Program-made: the position numbers and the translations under genes | The notes under the pieces: generated by a model | What the model was told of the DNA's origin: nothing | Database searches by the model: none | The model's input: only the letters and a program-made list of their open reading frames with translations | Source: Phoronis australis | Taxonomy: Eukaryota > Animalia > Phoronida | Assembly (NCBI GenBank): GCA_002633005.1 | Contig: NMRA01000115.1 | Span: 73,996 to 137,995, forward strand | Length of the DNA: 64,000 nucleotides | Direction of reading: 5' to 3' | Part shown: in pieces, positions 37,970 through 52,558 of the stretch | Numbering within the stretch: the stretch's first letter is position 1 | Layout of the letters: each line of letters opens with the position of its first letter

Positions 37970-40900
37970 CAGTCCACGGATCCACCGACCACAGTACAGC
38001 CAACAAGCGGCAAGGTGGGGGGTCAACCATTCAGATCCGTGTTTAGTCTGATAAATCACATTAGGGATGAGAGAAAATGGGTGAAGTATGACACCACAAA
38101 GTTTGGTGGTTTAGGAGATACAAGGGAAGTGTTCTGGGGGGCAAAATGAGGCAATTTCTGGGTGTGGAATGAGTCATTTTTGACCAAATTTTCTACTCCA
38201 GTTTCTGCTTCAAACAGAATCGTTTCTGAACAATTTTGATATCACATGATAGGTTCATGATCAATGTCAATAAAAACGGCACCGACACTGCAATATCGGT
38301 TACCATGGTAACACTGGAACTGTTTCCGTGGAGGTACGTTTCCGTCTTGTGAAAAACCAGCAGTACGCTGTACCCTTATAGCGAAGCTGCCCCCACGAGA
38401 AAACTAAAAATAATAACATGAACATGTAGAAGACTCCATGCCCTTGAAATTAATACAATAAAAACTTTGTCAGCCCTTCAGGCAGGCTTGGAAATAGGTG
38501 TCTGAATTTCACTATTTTCAGACCGCGTATGTGTATTTGTCATGTTAAACCAGTCACTAGTTGTGCGCCGTTTCTACGCATTAATATGCCGTGGTATAAT
38601 ACAACAATTAAAACAATTGGTTTGCTTAAATGTTTTTAATTAATTTTAAGGACACTAGCATTTCCCAATAAAATATGAAATTATACTAAATTTGTTCATC
38701 CAATTCGTCTGAATACCAAACTAAAGCTTACAATGCGTTAGTTGAATGATGGCTGACCTAAAGTGCGGGTTTGCGAATTTATCTATTTATCTGGCACTGC
38801 CAGTCGCATCGAATGTGGTATTTCTACAAATTGCGGAGAGAAACAACTTTGGAAACTCTTGGGAAATGCACAAGGTATAGAGCGAGACATTTGAGCACCT
38901 TATAAGAGTACGTGGAGCTGATGTGGAGGTGGAACGTGTCCTCCTGAGTAGTCTGTCTCAGTGTCTGCCTCGGAGGCACTGTGTGCAGCAGGAGCTACAT
39001 AATCTACCGTATTAGGTTCACTTGCCCGAATCATCGTTACAACACTCGAGATATGTTGGCGTCGCCAAAGACACTTAGAACATCCACTGCACACTAGAGG
39101 AGAAATCTGATAGAGGTCTGAAAAATTACCAAAGACGTTTAAAGTCAAGGTTCAACGTCCTGCTTCGTGTGAGCTCAGGTAGGAATCACTAAACTCCAGG
39201 GTCTGACCCTGAGGAATATTTTTAGAAGCCCGTCATTCATGCAAAAATACTTTTATTGACACAAAGTGATTGCTTATAACTTGGGCCTTATTGCTTAATC
39301 ATATCTTATCCAAATGTGTTGATGTTTATGCAACTACATGTATACATTGGCATAGAAAATAAGGTTGTCATCATAACTTTTCATAACAACCACCAAATGT
39401 GTAACATGACTTCTGCCCATGAAATACTTTTAGAGACTAGGGAGTATGTTTTGTCTACCAATGATTTTCTGCGATTGTGAAGTTAATTAAACATGCTAAA
39501 GCCGTCAAAAATATTGGTCCCTTCACTTATTTTAGCTTGGTATTCATATTTTGTGAGCCGAAATGGCCACATTAAATTTAATATGTTTAATTTTTCATTA
39601 ATACAATTTTAGGAATCGGGAAAGGCTTATGCTGAAGAAGTGGCTTCTGCTGAAGTTGGAGACTTGCCGATTATTAGTAAAGGTTGGGTATGGAAAATTT
39701 CACAACCAGCGAGAAGATACCCTTCTGGACAACTAAGTGAGGGGGCTAGAGAGAGGCCGAAAAGTCTACTCCCAGAAGATATGTAAAAGAGAATTTGTAG
39801 CTTGAGGAACGAGTTGGGGAAAAAGCATTTGCCAAAGATTACTGGCTTATACCACAACAGGTCCAAAGTAATTTGTTGAGATAGGCCACTCTCAACAAAT
39901 GTGGGGAAACTGGGACAGAGGAAGTGGAGTATGCATAGAAAGAGGCAATCTGCGATTGTCAAGGATGTAGCATTGTAAAAATTCAATGGGAGGAAACAGT
40001 ACAGTGGCTGGACCTGTAAATACTCTGGCTGATCTGCTAAATCCAGTGGGGGCATTATTGTATCAGCACAGCTGTGTAGGGAAGTAGGCCTGTGTGTTGT
40101 CGCAAGCTTTGTTTGCACCAGAACTGCTTGTGTGAACAGCACAAGTCTAAAATTTACCTAGTCTAAGACTGAGTTTTTGTCCAGGCACGGATTATGATCC
40201 TGGGCCACATGGTAATGGTACATTGTTCATTTTGTTTAGCCACTGGATTTTTTGGTCTGACAGGATTACTCAGTGTCGCCATCACATTTAGATGATTTCT
40301 GACCTCTGTACTATTTCTTTTCCTTGAAGATGCGTAATTGATCTGAATTTATGTTTCCGCATTTTATTTACCATTGTAGATTTTTGTTTGTAAATGGGTA
40401 TATATTACTGAAATTTGAGACCCTGTTGCAGTTAGGCTGGTTTTGTTAACTTATCTTTCTGCCTGGGTTGTAAACCCATATTCTGTCCAGGAGGTAATAA
40501 GTTTTGATTTAGACCATTTACCTCTATAAACTTTGCTCAGTTTGTTCCTTATCCAGATGGGAAGTGATTTCTGGAATTGTAGCGAATTGACAGTTTGCTA
40601 TTCCTTGAGACCATGCTGTGTGTATAAAATCGCACATTATTAGTGTGGTAGCAATTGCATATTGCCAGATCTTTCAAAGTTCTGAAATTTCTCAAAGTGA
40701 CCTGGAAGTAATACCTATTTCGTGATGGTAAAATGTCTAAATCAAAAGTTGTTTTATGTGATTTTAGGCGAGTTTATGTCCACTTCAAATGATTTTTTGT
40801 TGTAGTACTGAAAAGTAGTGGCACATTAGCTCTGGTGGCTCCTTGTTTTTTTGGCGAATTGACCATTTTATGGTTCCCATGGGTAATTTTGTTACTGGGT

Positions 40901-42989
40901 CTAGTATGTATGTACAACTGTAATCGTAGGGCAATTGTAATGCAAACCGTGTTGCAAAAGTATTTTTTCATGACCATTTCATTGTAAAATGCTGCCTAAT
41001 TGGAACCAACAAGCCAATTTTTCATTTTGTGGTGGTTAGTTTTGATAAGAACATTGATGTGGTAAATACAGCTACCTCAAGTTTGTGAAGAAGAGATTTC
41101 CAGTGTTGTCAGCGATATTGCGAAATCACTTTTTCGCAGTGAGACTACATCACCTTAAATGTAATTCCCTGACTTTATGAGCTTTGTGTGGTTGACTCTG
41201 TCCTGTAGCAATTAGAGTGTTGAAAAGATCTAGAAGGCAATTTTTTATTAGAGTCATAACATTTGCACTTTTGACTGTACAGTTATCTTTGCATTGTATT
41301 ACGAAAACATATTTTGTAGTACGCAAGTCTCTGGTTGGTATTTTATATTTTTTCACAAGGAATATTTTCAACTTAGATGAGTTGTCTGTGAGGTAGGCAA
41401 TTTTCAAATAAGATAATGAATAAAATTGTCAGACATTGTTTTATTTTTTAGATGTGTGATCTTCCAATAAGTGATTACTTTTAAAAAACCTGTGCAGAAT
41501 TTGATTTTTACTCTTCATTTAAAGGAGAATAAATCCATAAACCTGCATTGTCTAGAAATTTTACTCAAACTACATATTACAGGGTTGGGGATTGGAATCT
41601 TAATACAACAGAGTCTGAACCCGTACCATGAGCAATACAACACAATACACGGATATAAAAATTTGGTGTTTAGGTTCCACGGAAAGGATTCGTGTGCGCG
41701 GTAATAGTTACTAAGGTGCGTGGTCATTGTTTGTGGATACTTTGGGATTCCTCTTCTGTGGTCATCCACGGGAAACCTGGTCGAATAGAGAACAATAGAT
41801 TAGCATCTTCATTGTTTCCGTTGTTATAATAAAGATATAATGACGAGCACTTATCGGCAACGGTCTGATGTACGCAAGGTTCTATATCCATGCGACCTGT
41901 GTTGTTACATCCAACAATGACACAACAAAGGAAAACAATGATAGGACCGATGGGCGAAAAACATGCGACGAGTTGCCATGGACAGTGGTGGAGTTTGTCT
42001 TGTCATTCGAATGTTTTTACAGAACTGCAAACCCGGTATTTCGTCAGGAAAATTTCTGCGGTCTTTTGTTTTAAGTCGTGGGAAAAATTGCGGTCATGCA
42101 ACCAAACTTATCCTTCATTTGATATTACAATGCATTGCATGAACATTTGATCAACAGAAAATCTGACTTGAATATGTGTGAAGAAATACCCATGAGGAAA
42201 TTGCAAAGTAAAACAACTGTAAATCAAAATAACCTACATTTGTCGAGTTCATGTCTAACCCTGTTCACTGTGGAGGACATAATCGGCTTTTTACAAAATG
42301 GAGCCATGTATGGTATTTAGGGGTACTATAGCCCTAAGTGATCAGTAGTAAAACGTTCAAAACATTCAGGAGGAACTAACTTGTTGCAAAATATCGAAAA
42401 ACATGCAGGACAATCGGATTTTACGGTGCTTACGCATCGGTCTCAGATGTATGAAAATTTCTCATTTTAGTACATTTGAGGTGCCAAAATATATAACTAA
42501 TAAACTGGCTGACAAAGTTTTTATTTTATGAAATGAAAGTAACATGTTTTGTCAACATTTTGGCTAAGTTTCATTCTCATAACAGTGGGGGCAGATTTGG
42601 TACAGCAGTGTACTGAACACAACCTCAAAATGGCATAACGGGGGGCAGTGTAGTAAAACTACTAAATGAGGGTGGTAAATCGGAATCGTGTTTCAAGACA
42701 TCTGTGTAACAATCTACAGGCACCACTAAACAATGCCAAGTGAATAATAAATCAATAGCTTTCATTCAAGGAAAAATATGAACAGTTAAAACTGGACAGT
42801 TTTTATACCGTGAAAACATGGCTGCGAAGCCGTAAAATGTGTTTGAGCCTATAACTTTAGAAAAACGCAATATTTTCAAGAAATATTTTACCGCTGTTTA
42901 TAGATCCCATAGGACTACCTATGTGCCAAATTTGGTGAAAATCGGTTGACCCCCACCTTGCCGCTCATGGCTGGTGCTCTCGTGGACTA
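37970..42989 (+). mobile_element. Academ-type DNA transposon, internally deleted (5.0 kb)
   Basis: TIRs (C/T)AGTCCACG..AGCC..AGCGGCAAGGTGGGGGTCAACC at both ends; flanks GTAT/GTAC (4-bp TSD with one mismatch); TAG..CTA-type terminus. A decayed exon at about 39613-40160 (ISKGWVWKISQPARR..RNELGKKH) resembles the Academ transposase C-terminus. Confidence 0.75.
41762..41985 (+). mobile_element. MITE-like repeat, copy 1 (copy 2 at 44928-45170)
   Basis: Shared blocks GGGAAAC..GGTCG, ATAATAAAGATA, CTGATGT.CGC, GTT(A/T)..TCCAACAAT, GAAAACAATG and CATGCGACG. Confidence 0.6.
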
Positions 42990-44927
42990 GTACTTAATAC
43001 CGAGCCTAGTAACATCAGGAATTCCATGCTATCACCCAGTGTCTCACAAATATGGTGTCCACTTGTGTTAATCACTAAAGCACATCGCATGTGCTGAAAC
43101 TACTTGGAAAAACCAATGAGATAAATACATGTGTATAACTAGAGTTGAAGTCACGTGGTCTTCGTTAAACGGAGTGGTCCGCCATCTTGCTGTTGAACCT
43201 TCATCGAGATGCGTGTGTACTGTGTAGTATCTAGGAACTAATATTGGTAACAACACGGGATTTCAAGTAAAAACTCATAGCTTTAATGTCAGGATCATCA
43301 AGTGAAAACTAGGATTTTTAAAAAATCATCCAAGAAAATCATGGCCCAGATTTAAAGGGTCTTAACACTTATCTTTATTTATAGCGGAAAACATCAAAAA
43401 TAAAGTTTGACTTCTGGTATTAGACCCAGAATCATTGATATAATTTTTGGTCTTTCCAAGCTTAAAAATAGAAACTGAAATAGAATTATTTTGTAGGTGA
43501 GAATCCGATCGCAGAAACAATATTGTTCAATTTCATTTGGTCCTTAGAACACCCATTAAAGTCGATTTTCGGGTTTTTTTACCTGACTTTCCTTCTTATT
43601 CCGATGTGGGTTAGTGACCTCATGTTCTCTCCAAGATATCTGTTGTTTTCTAGCAACGAAGATTAATAGTTGGGCCTTTTTACAGAGTTAACACCAATTC
43701 GAAGATTTATTAAATATAGCCAGCTGGTTATTGGGAACAGGGCAGGATCGAAGGAAGGGATACCGCAAGAATACTACACCCCACAATGTTATTGGGACAA
43801 TAGATGGTTGTTTCTGTAGATTTCAAGGGATGGTACAAATGTTATATAGCCTGGCAAGCTAAAATCTGCAATTGTCTTACTTGAGGAAAATTTTTATATT
43901 TTGCCCTGTTTATGGTCTTCTGCTACTTACAGTGTATCAATGGGTACATGTATGTATCACGGAGCAGATAGAGTTTACGACCATTGAGTTTTGTCACAAT
44001 TATTTTGTAGCGCGGTGTTGTCAGTATAAATGCACCAGTAACATAGTTGTGTGCCAGCAAACGTCAGGTCCAACTGAACGGGAGGATTAAATAAGAGTTG
44101 GTTCAAATCTGACCAGTACGATACAGTAGCTTTGTACCAGCTAGACATTTCCCTTTTACTGCCACGGTGTGATTTTAATGCGTTATGGTGATATGTTGAA
44201 ATAAATGTATTTTGAAATAAATGAAAACTTTATTGTCTGAAATGGTTACAGTATCCCATTGTGTTGTTTCTGTGTGAACATTTTTGTTGTTCTTCTCGTT
44301 CTGGATGGCCGATCAGATGGAAGTGTGCTTGTTACTGACAGAAAAAAATCTGCGATTCCGCACTTCATGGGCGGATAAAATACATGTATGTCTATTGAGA
44401 ATTCGGTTTACTTTATCACCTAGTTGAATTTGGTTCCAAAGATTCTCAGGTGGTGCCATTAAGAATTTTTTATTCATAAATTAATACATGTGGTAATCTC
44501 TGCCCACAGAGTCGATACTAGCTTATCGATTTGCTTTCAAAATAGTTCGTTTTTCTGCATTAATGATTTTGAAATTAGTTTGTTTTTATGAATATTTTTT
44601 GACACCCATTGTCTAACCACCTTTCGCTTGAGTTAGAATGTGGCAAAATAGCGGAGGATGAGAAATCATAAATGAATGATGATGTGTCAAATTTCGTACC
44701 GCATTTTATAAATATTTAAGCAGGATACAGATGCTAATATGATGTATTTTGATTGCTTGAATGATATGGACATATATTATTGTATTCCTACTTGACAGCG
44801 TCCAAAATCATCTATATGTTATTGTTATTATTATCATTATTATCGGTTGGCATTAACTCAAGTGCGTGTAGATAACAGCTAAACCATCAACAACTTAATA
44901 AAGACCAAAGTAAGTTTTGGTTTTACA

Positions 44928-45170
44928 CTGCCCATGGGAAACTAGGTCGCAAGCTCGTCGCATAGATATCGATAGATAGGCGTATCCATCGTTAACTTTG
45001 TTTTTCGTTCTCATAATAAAGATAATGGTAAGCATTTATTGGTAAGGGGCTGATGTGCGCCCAAGGTACGATATCCATACAACCTATATTGTTATGTCCA
45101 ACAATTACGCAAAACAGAGAAAAACAATGGAAATGTCCCATAGGCGATAACCATGCGACGCGGTTCTAAA
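44928..45170 (+). mobile_element. MITE-like repeat, copy 2
   Basis: Aligns with 41762-41985; its start CTGCCCATGGGAAAC..TCGCA is the inverse of the copy 1 end TGCGACGAGTTGCCATGGACAG. Confidence 0.6.
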
Positions 45171-45959
45171 GGCCCCTCGCATGGATCTCAATTCAAACAA
45201 TGCCGTGCGACCTCCATACGACGTCCTTAGGCATGGGTAATTAAAAACATGACACTCATATTTCTCTATTTATGAAATCCGATTTCAAGAATAACGTACT
45301 ATACCATAATTTGACAAATGTGAAAACAGTAGGTGATAAGTATGAAAGAAATTTAGTAAGGAGAATCTTGAACATGACTTCAACAGTGGTCTAAGGTATA
45401 ATAAGGGGAAACCCGAAAGAGTTCCGGAAAATTCATAAGGAGGTTAGCCAGTCCATAAAGGACAACCGCCTATTGCTGCTGGTAAATTTTACGGTTTCTT
45501 TAGTAAACTGAGTCAATTGAATAAAACCGATAACTTTGAACTATGTTTAATGAATAATTCAGTAAAAGGGGGTCTTAATGACAAGAGACCCGTTCCAAAA
45601 ATTGACTTAGCTAAGACAAATCTTAAATTTCAGTCAACTTTAAGATAAAACGTAAAGTTGTCTCAAGTCCGCTTCAAGAATGAGTTCTTAAGTTCGACTT
45701 AAGTATTTTACTTAAGATTTGTCTTTATTTTGACTAACTACAGTATTGAACCTGTGTGAACTAACAATGTTAACCAGGCAGATTTGTGTCCATCAAGTAA
45801 TAGATATTATACTTATGCCTATATTTAACAATAATGGATCGGCTGATATTGATAATTATTAGACGTATTACTTTATTACATGTACATGTAAGCTGTTTTG
45901 GTCAACTGTTTACACCTTTGATTAATTACCGGTTAACGATTTTCATTAACGACGAAGGT

Positions 45960-46230
45960 TTAATAGGCAACGATGATAAACCTGCCTTCGGAGTAGTTTT
46001 TCAAAACTAGATGACGCCTTTGTGCCACAATCAATTAACTAAATCTACCTGCGAGACATTAACGATTATGTTGTGCTTTCATCGACTATAAGAAGGCTTT
46101 ACACCTAATAAAGAGATATGATTTACGGAGTAAAAAGATTGCCCATGGAAACTTCGTGTAAACTGGGTGTAAGGCAGGGTGAAAAACTATCAGTGCTTCT
46201 GTTCGCTACATTCCTCAATGACTTTTAAGT
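45960..46230 (+). mobile_element. Short LINE RT fragment
   Basis: GVRQGEKLSVLLFATFLND (RT motif GV.QG..LSP.LF..F+ND) at about 46166-46222. Confidence 0.6.
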
Positions 46231-49200
46231 ATTAATTCGTAGACACTGTAACGTGAAATCTGAAACCAACTAAGTTCTGAATATGAATATCCTATGTTGA
46301 CGATACCTATTAATTGTTATTAAGATGTCTAAGGAATAGAAAAATACGCCTTATACTTACACTGTACGTGTCCTTGTTATTATAACGTTGCCTCGCTGTT
46401 TAGTCCATTTTCAATTTTAGCAGAGGTACATTCATTACACTAGTACCCTTGTCGATTTTGATGAAACGTTCCTTGAATGAAAACTTTCTGATGTCTCACA
46501 AAAATAGTTAAGAATTTTAATGTTACTTGTTTCGGTTGGTTTCTACGCCAAAGTAACTCGCAAAACGTACAAACATTTTGAAAAAACATACACCACATTC
46601 GTCTATTACTCGGTACAATAAAATTAGAACTTTTGTAAAAATCCCAACAGCATTTTTGAGATTGATAAATAAATATTAAAGCTGGAAAGTTTCGGTGAAA
46701 TCCACCGAGCGACAACAAAAAAAAACTCGTGTTCTTAAAGATAGCTTCCAGTGGCCAAAACACTCTTTCGACAAGTATTTCTAAATAAAATATCGCTTTG
46801 TTTCTTGCATACCACAAAAAGGAATTAATTGCGACGTAAATTACATGTACACCGCCTATATTTCGTAAAACCTTCGAGCGCCCCAGAGAATTCTAAGCCA
46901 ATCAACTTAAAGGAGTACATAGGATATCATCGTGCCAACGAAATTTCCCCTAAGCCTCATTGCGTACAGCTGAGTGTCATTTCTTGGACGTACATGAAGG
47001 CTAGATATCGGTCTCTGGGCTAAAATGTCACGTTGCGTACGGGTGCAGCAATATAAGCGGTCTTGGCATACAATTTACATCTTCCGCGCCGATCCCGTCA
47101 TAAGCCATGCATGGAATAGATTCGTATCCACGATAAAGAATGGCGGCAAAATTCCCGATCATGAAGATCTGCTCTAGACTTGGGTAAAGCTGCATACAAA
47201 ATCTATAGCTTTGCGCTGATGTTGGTAAAATGACCAATTAAAATCTAACACACTGAATAGTAGTGTCGTAAAAAGCTCCGCCGCTCTTCTTTCAGTTAAC
47301 GGTGTTGGAAAAATTGGCGTAGTTCTACCGTTCATATTGTGCTAAAATTGTAGTGCGTTCTTTCTATGTCGGTTTTCCGCGATTGCGTTACCAGATCTTG
47401 ACCATTTTTACTCTGCGCAGAGTACTGTTGTTCCTGGGTTTTCTTCAATTTTATTACTCTGCGCGTGCAAGCGCAGAGTTTTACTGTTCTACGTAGTTTA
47501 TCTTCTTATTCTTATTACTCTGCGCGTGCAAGCGCTTAGTGTTGTTGTTCCTGGGTTTTCTTCAATTTATTCTTATTCTTATTCTTCTTATTCTTCTTAT
47601 TCTTCTTATTACTCTGCGCGTGCAAGCGCAAAGTACTGTTGTTCCTGGGTTTTCTTCAATTTCATTCTTATTCTTATTCTTCTTCCGCCAACTTTGAGGC
47701 TTAATAACTCCAAATTGGGTGCAGCTACGTTCTTTAAATTCAGCACGTGACTTTTGGCAGTACATAAATTTTGATTCGTTATATAATAATATTCCATATC
47801 GCACCTGAAGAGGTCATTTAGTGCAAAGGTCATGTAATTTTCAAAATGCTACTTCTTCATTTTTAAAGCTATTCCTTTCAAATTCGGTACACAGGTATAA
47901 GTCAATAAGGCAATTTAAAAATTACTTTTCCAAGTAATCGGGTCATCCAATCAGGTGAAATAGGTCAAAGGTTATTAGGTGCAAACTAAAAGTTTGAGCT
48001 AGACACTTCAAATTCACATGTCTGATTGGCACAGGTAATTCAATTCGAAATCCAAAGTTTCAGGTCATTTAGTGCAAACATGGGATCATTAGGTCCATTT
48101 TTCTTCAGAAAATTTGACCTTTTCATTTACCAAGTATTCTGATGTGTCAACAGGTAGACAACTGTGATTCTCAGCATTTAACACACTATACACGAGCTTT
48201 ACAAAAATTCTACCAAACAGGCTTATAATTCACCGGAAAAGGTCATTTAGTGCAAACATGGGATCATTAGGTGCATTTTCTTCTGAAAATTTGACCTTTT
48301 CATTCACCAAGTATTCTGATGTGTCAACAGTTAGACAACTGTGATTCTTAGCATGTAACACACTCTATACGAGTTTTACAAAAATTCTACCAAACAAGCT
48401 TATAATGCACAGGAAAAGGTCATTTAGTGCAAAGGTCATATAATTTTCAAAATGCTACTTCTTCTTTAAATTTAAAGCTATCTTTTTGAAATTCCGTGAA
48501 CATGTATAGATCAACAAAAGAATGTAAAAAGTTACTTTTCTAAGAAATTGACTCATCCAATCAGGTTAAAGTGGTCAAAGGTCATTAAGTGCAAACTACA
48601 GTTTTGAGCTAGACACTTCAAATTCACACATCTTCTTGGTGCACAGAGTTCAGAACGAAACCTCAAGTTTCAGGTCATTTGGAGCAGCCATGGGGTCATT
48701 AGGTGCATATTTCGTCTGACCATTTGACATTTTCATTCACCAATTATTGTGATGTGTCAACAGTTAGACAACTATCATTCTCAGCATTAAACACGCTTAA
48801 CAAATGCTTTGCAGTAATTCTCCTAAAGATTCTTGTAATGCACCGAATAGGGTCAATTAGTGCAAAGCTCGTCTAACCTTCAAAATGTTATATCCTACAT
48901 TTTTCAAGGAATTCTTTTCACTTTCAGCACGCTTTGTAAGCCAACATGCCAATAGAACACCATACTTTACTACGCAATAGGCCTAACCAATCAGAAAAAA
49001 TGGGTCAAACCTCATTGAGTGTCAGTAAACTAAAATTTTGAGCTAAAGATTTCAAAATTATATAACTGTTTAATAAACGCGATTGAGTTTGAATTCTATG
49101 TTTTCAGGTATTAATTCTGAAAGTTTGACCAATTCATTCATCTTGTATTCTGAAGTGCTTAAAGAGGAAATTGCAAGGTCCAAACCAATCTGAACAACAA

Positions 49201-49395
49201 TATGGTCTAAATTCGAGTTTAGAATTACCATTGCTATATTCTTAACATTAACTGAATTGTACGCCGCTATACAAAGTTATTTACATATTTAGTGCCGTGG
49301 TGTTGTAACGCCATCGTTGTAACGGAGAATAGAAACTGTGCCATTTTCGTTCGTTACACATCTGTGACGTGGTGTTGGGGAACACAAAGGAAGCA

Positions 49396-51318
49396 ATGTG
49401 TGTCCAAGTGAGTACAGCAGCGTAGATGAGGAATACTTTGAACGATACAGGGACGGACAGGTGGACTTTTCAGATGATTCCGACCTTTCGGACGAGGAGG
49501 TGGAGGTGACAGATCCCAGAGGAACAATATGTGTTCACGGCTTTTCTGTAGTGGAGCCGTTCTCCCTCGATCCCTTTCACGGCCCTTTCTCTGGTCGCCG
49601 AAGACTCACTCCCAGCGGGTTCGTCCTGTGAACGTCAACAGGCTGAAGGTGCGCAGGGGTTGCGATTAGATGTTAGTGTTGGGTAAGAATATTATCAATA
49701 TGTATCCTACAACCGCGAATTATAACTTGGTCTTTTTAATTCAAAAGTAGGTGCTTTACCAGTCAGTCCCAGGCGCCCATATCCCCATAGGTGAACCGTG
49801 TTTCAACCCTGGATAAATACCAGTTTCAGTGATAAAACTGGGAATTTTTTGCATTATAGCAAATCACTCAAAAGTGTGAGATCTCTGATTATTTGTAGAC
49901 AGTGTGGCTCAGTGGCTTGAGCTAGTGAGACTCAGGTTCGAATCCTGGCTTTCACTGGCATGCAATTGAGCATTGAACAAAATTGTCTCTTACTTCTCTG
50001 AGACTGAGCGGGGTGTTACTAGTGAGTGAATAAATGTGTGCAAGGGAATGAATGAGAACCACTTTGGAATAATCGACTGAATTGTAAAGAGGATGAAAGA
50101 ACTGCAATTTTATAATTTAGACTTTCTCACCTTGGTGCTGGGGGAGGGCATAATTCTATAGGTTATAGAACAAGTCATTTCATTTTCGTACTCAAGTCAA
50201 CTCGGACCTATATCAATCTACACATGTGTTCCAAAGCAGTTTTATTTTGTAAGGCGATGTTTGAAATGGAAACAACCATTTCATGTCGATGTACATTGAC
50301 CCAATGTAGCCATTATTTATAAATGAAATATGGTACATGGCTTGGTTACGAGTCGACTTGGGTAGGAACCGCCTGGTAAAGTTTCTGTAGAGTAAAGAGA
50401 GCATACCATTGGATTGGTGATTGCCCATGTAGCATATCAAGAAGTTTTAATGTATACTGTAATATTTAAAACATTGGCGACCCTTTGAGTGGCAACACTG
50501 CTTTTCAAGTTGGTTTGCCCCATTGTCATTGTCTAGTTTGATTAATGGTATGTGGTTGCCGATAGGATTCAGATTGGGAGATCAGGTCTCACGACTACAT
50601 ACAAAACAGTCCCCTCCATCAATGAATCAGGGCAACTACCTTTTGTCTTAGGGTCAGCTAAAAATCAAACAACTAATGTCCATTACTATATCCCCCGGGC
50701 ATGATCTACCTTGGGTGTAGCACTATTCCTTTGTATGAAAAGTAAATATCTTTACTAAAAATTATCTATTTGTACAAAAAATAAATAGGTTGTGATGTTC
50801 CAACCAATTTTCCTGAAAACTGAAGTCGTATGCAGACCCCTCAATTTGGTAGAGGCACTCTTGGAAAATTTTTCAATTCGAAATTTTGATGTTTACTGAA
50901 ATAATTGTTGACACATTTGCAGGTGCACCTGGGGCAACTGTCAGACAACCTCATTGTTGAAGAAAGAGTATGTTGCCAAGAGGTTGACAAGGTTGTTGCA
51001 AAACTTGATGAAGAAATGACAACTAACACAGAAGAAAAAATGTATTGTGGAGCTTGGGGGTTTAAACCTGTATACATCAATCGTGGTGTTTTGGAGACTG
51101 CATGGTTGCAGTACAAAAGCCAATATCCTGATGGCTATGACAGACCCTTGGATAAAATGATTTGAAACGTGGCCTTCAGACAGTTCCAAAGATGGGTAAA
51201 CGGTCACTTAGGACGAACAGTCCGTGTTGTCATTCCAGCATGCGCAGTAGCCTGCATCAGAGCTTTCTACCCTCCGCCAGGAAATGAGGAAGACTTTGAG
51301 TTCCAAGGATTTTCTTAA
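49396..51318 (+). pseudogene. KolX / P2X7 C-terminal ballast (Zn-binding cysteine) domain gene, 2 exons (49396-49682, 50923-51318), disabled
   Basis: Exon 1 is acidic (..EPFSLDP..RLDVS) and ends at GG|GTAAG. Exon 2 follows TTGCAG: CTWGNCQ..EERVCCQEVDKV..GFKPVYINRGVLETAWLQY..I*NVAFRQFQRWVNGHLGRTVRVVIPACAVACIRAFYPPP..FQGFS*. One internal TGA (51163) and frameshifts. Confidence 0.85.
49898..50090 (+). mobile_element. tRNA-derived SINE remnant in the KolX intron
   Basis: A box TGGCTCAGTGG and B box GGTTCGAATCC. Confidence 0.45.
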
Positions 51319-52410
51319 AAGTTTCACCCATTATATAGATACATGTTGTCTTAGCCCTGGAATGCCAACTCCTCCACATGACCTATGTATTCTGTTATAA
51401 AAACTTGTGACTCGGGGTCTAGTTTTATGTAATTCAAACGAGTTGCAAAAAGTTGTAGTGACAAATTCCATAGAAAGATCAAACATCGTAATAAACGAAT
51501 GCAATCGCAGTGCAACCTCAGCGGTATGAAATTGAAGTTGACATTCCATGAATAGACTTCTGTGGTTTCAGAATGATAAATAATTGACACAGTGAGCAGC
51601 ATTTAATGATGCTCATCAATCTGGTTTCTTATGATAACATGGTCACGACAAGTGTAATTTAACTAGGACTACATTATAAACCTCTAAACTCAACATCAGT
51701 TAAACTTATGGTGTACCTAGGTGAACAGAGGAATCTGTCTCATTGGAGCCCAGTTTGTGTGCTTGAAGCGAACACATTGAACAGTATGGCTGTTACATAA
51801 AAATTAAAAGTTTTGAATCTGAGCCATAGTCTGAAGACGAGATTGAATCTTCTGCCCTCTTCTTATACAGTAGAACTCTCTAAATTGGTAGCGCTTTAGT
51901 GGGAACTTTAGAAAGTTAGCATTAATTCCGCAGTAACGCCTCCAAATAACTCTAACTTGATGAAATATCTCAGTCTCACTGGATACAACTTAGCGAGTTC
52001 TACTGTAATTCAATGAGAAATCAAATAACACGACACAGCAACCACTGATTCTCAACCCAAAAGCCCCAGTATGCAATAGCTTTAGATGTCTATGACATGG
52101 TGTGAAAACACAAAAAGTATGCACATGAGTAGGAATTGGGAAATCTGGAGGGAGTGCTTAAGGCACTCAAAAATTCCCAAGACAATGTTCGAATTCTGTG
52201 CAAGGGATTATTCTGTGTACAATTTAGATGAGATTGTCGCAGGAAAAGACTGACGACCCAAACAAGTACCTTTTCACCCCCACTTAAGAAAGTCTTCCTT
52301 TACCGACCCACTGTATGGGACAGCAACAGTTTAGTGCAAATCAAATATACTTAAAAAAGCTATGCCGCAATATTTATAGTCATTGTATCGAAGAACCATT
52401 GAAATGTTTC

Positions 52411-52558
52411 CAGGTGCGGATCCAGGATTTTGAGTTAGGGGGTCCAGGGCACGGCATTAGCCAGGATTTTGCCCGTCAGACATTCGCACCCCCAAACTGT
52501 CAAATGGAATCTGGGAGAATTTTAGGGGGGCATGGCCTCCCCTCTAAATCTGCCACTA
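52411..52558 (+). mobile_element. MITE, same family as 778-931
   Basis: CAGGTGCGGATCCAGG...AAATCTGCCACTA flanked by GTTTC on both sides (5-bp TSD). Confidence 0.7.

Noticed and set aside
39627-40142. 171-aa minus-strand ORF
   Set aside because: Antisense shadow of the decayed Academ transposase exon on the plus strand; no recognisable motifs.
47140-47183. ATGGCGGCAAAA...GG|GTAAAG as the mucolipin first exon
   Set aside because: It would end in phase 2, incompatible with the phase-1 acceptor at 56559, and the donor is weak.
47800-49160. AGGTCATTTAGTGCAAA repeats as a CRISPR array or nuclear-receptor enhancer
   Set aside because: They are subunits of a satellite inside a Helentron-type element; AGGTCA half-sites alone are not evidence of function.
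50905-51318. A host P2RX7 purinoceptor gene
   Set aside because: Only the ballast-like domain is present, with no P2X transmembrane or ectodomain exons. It is disabled and lies inside transposon TIRs.
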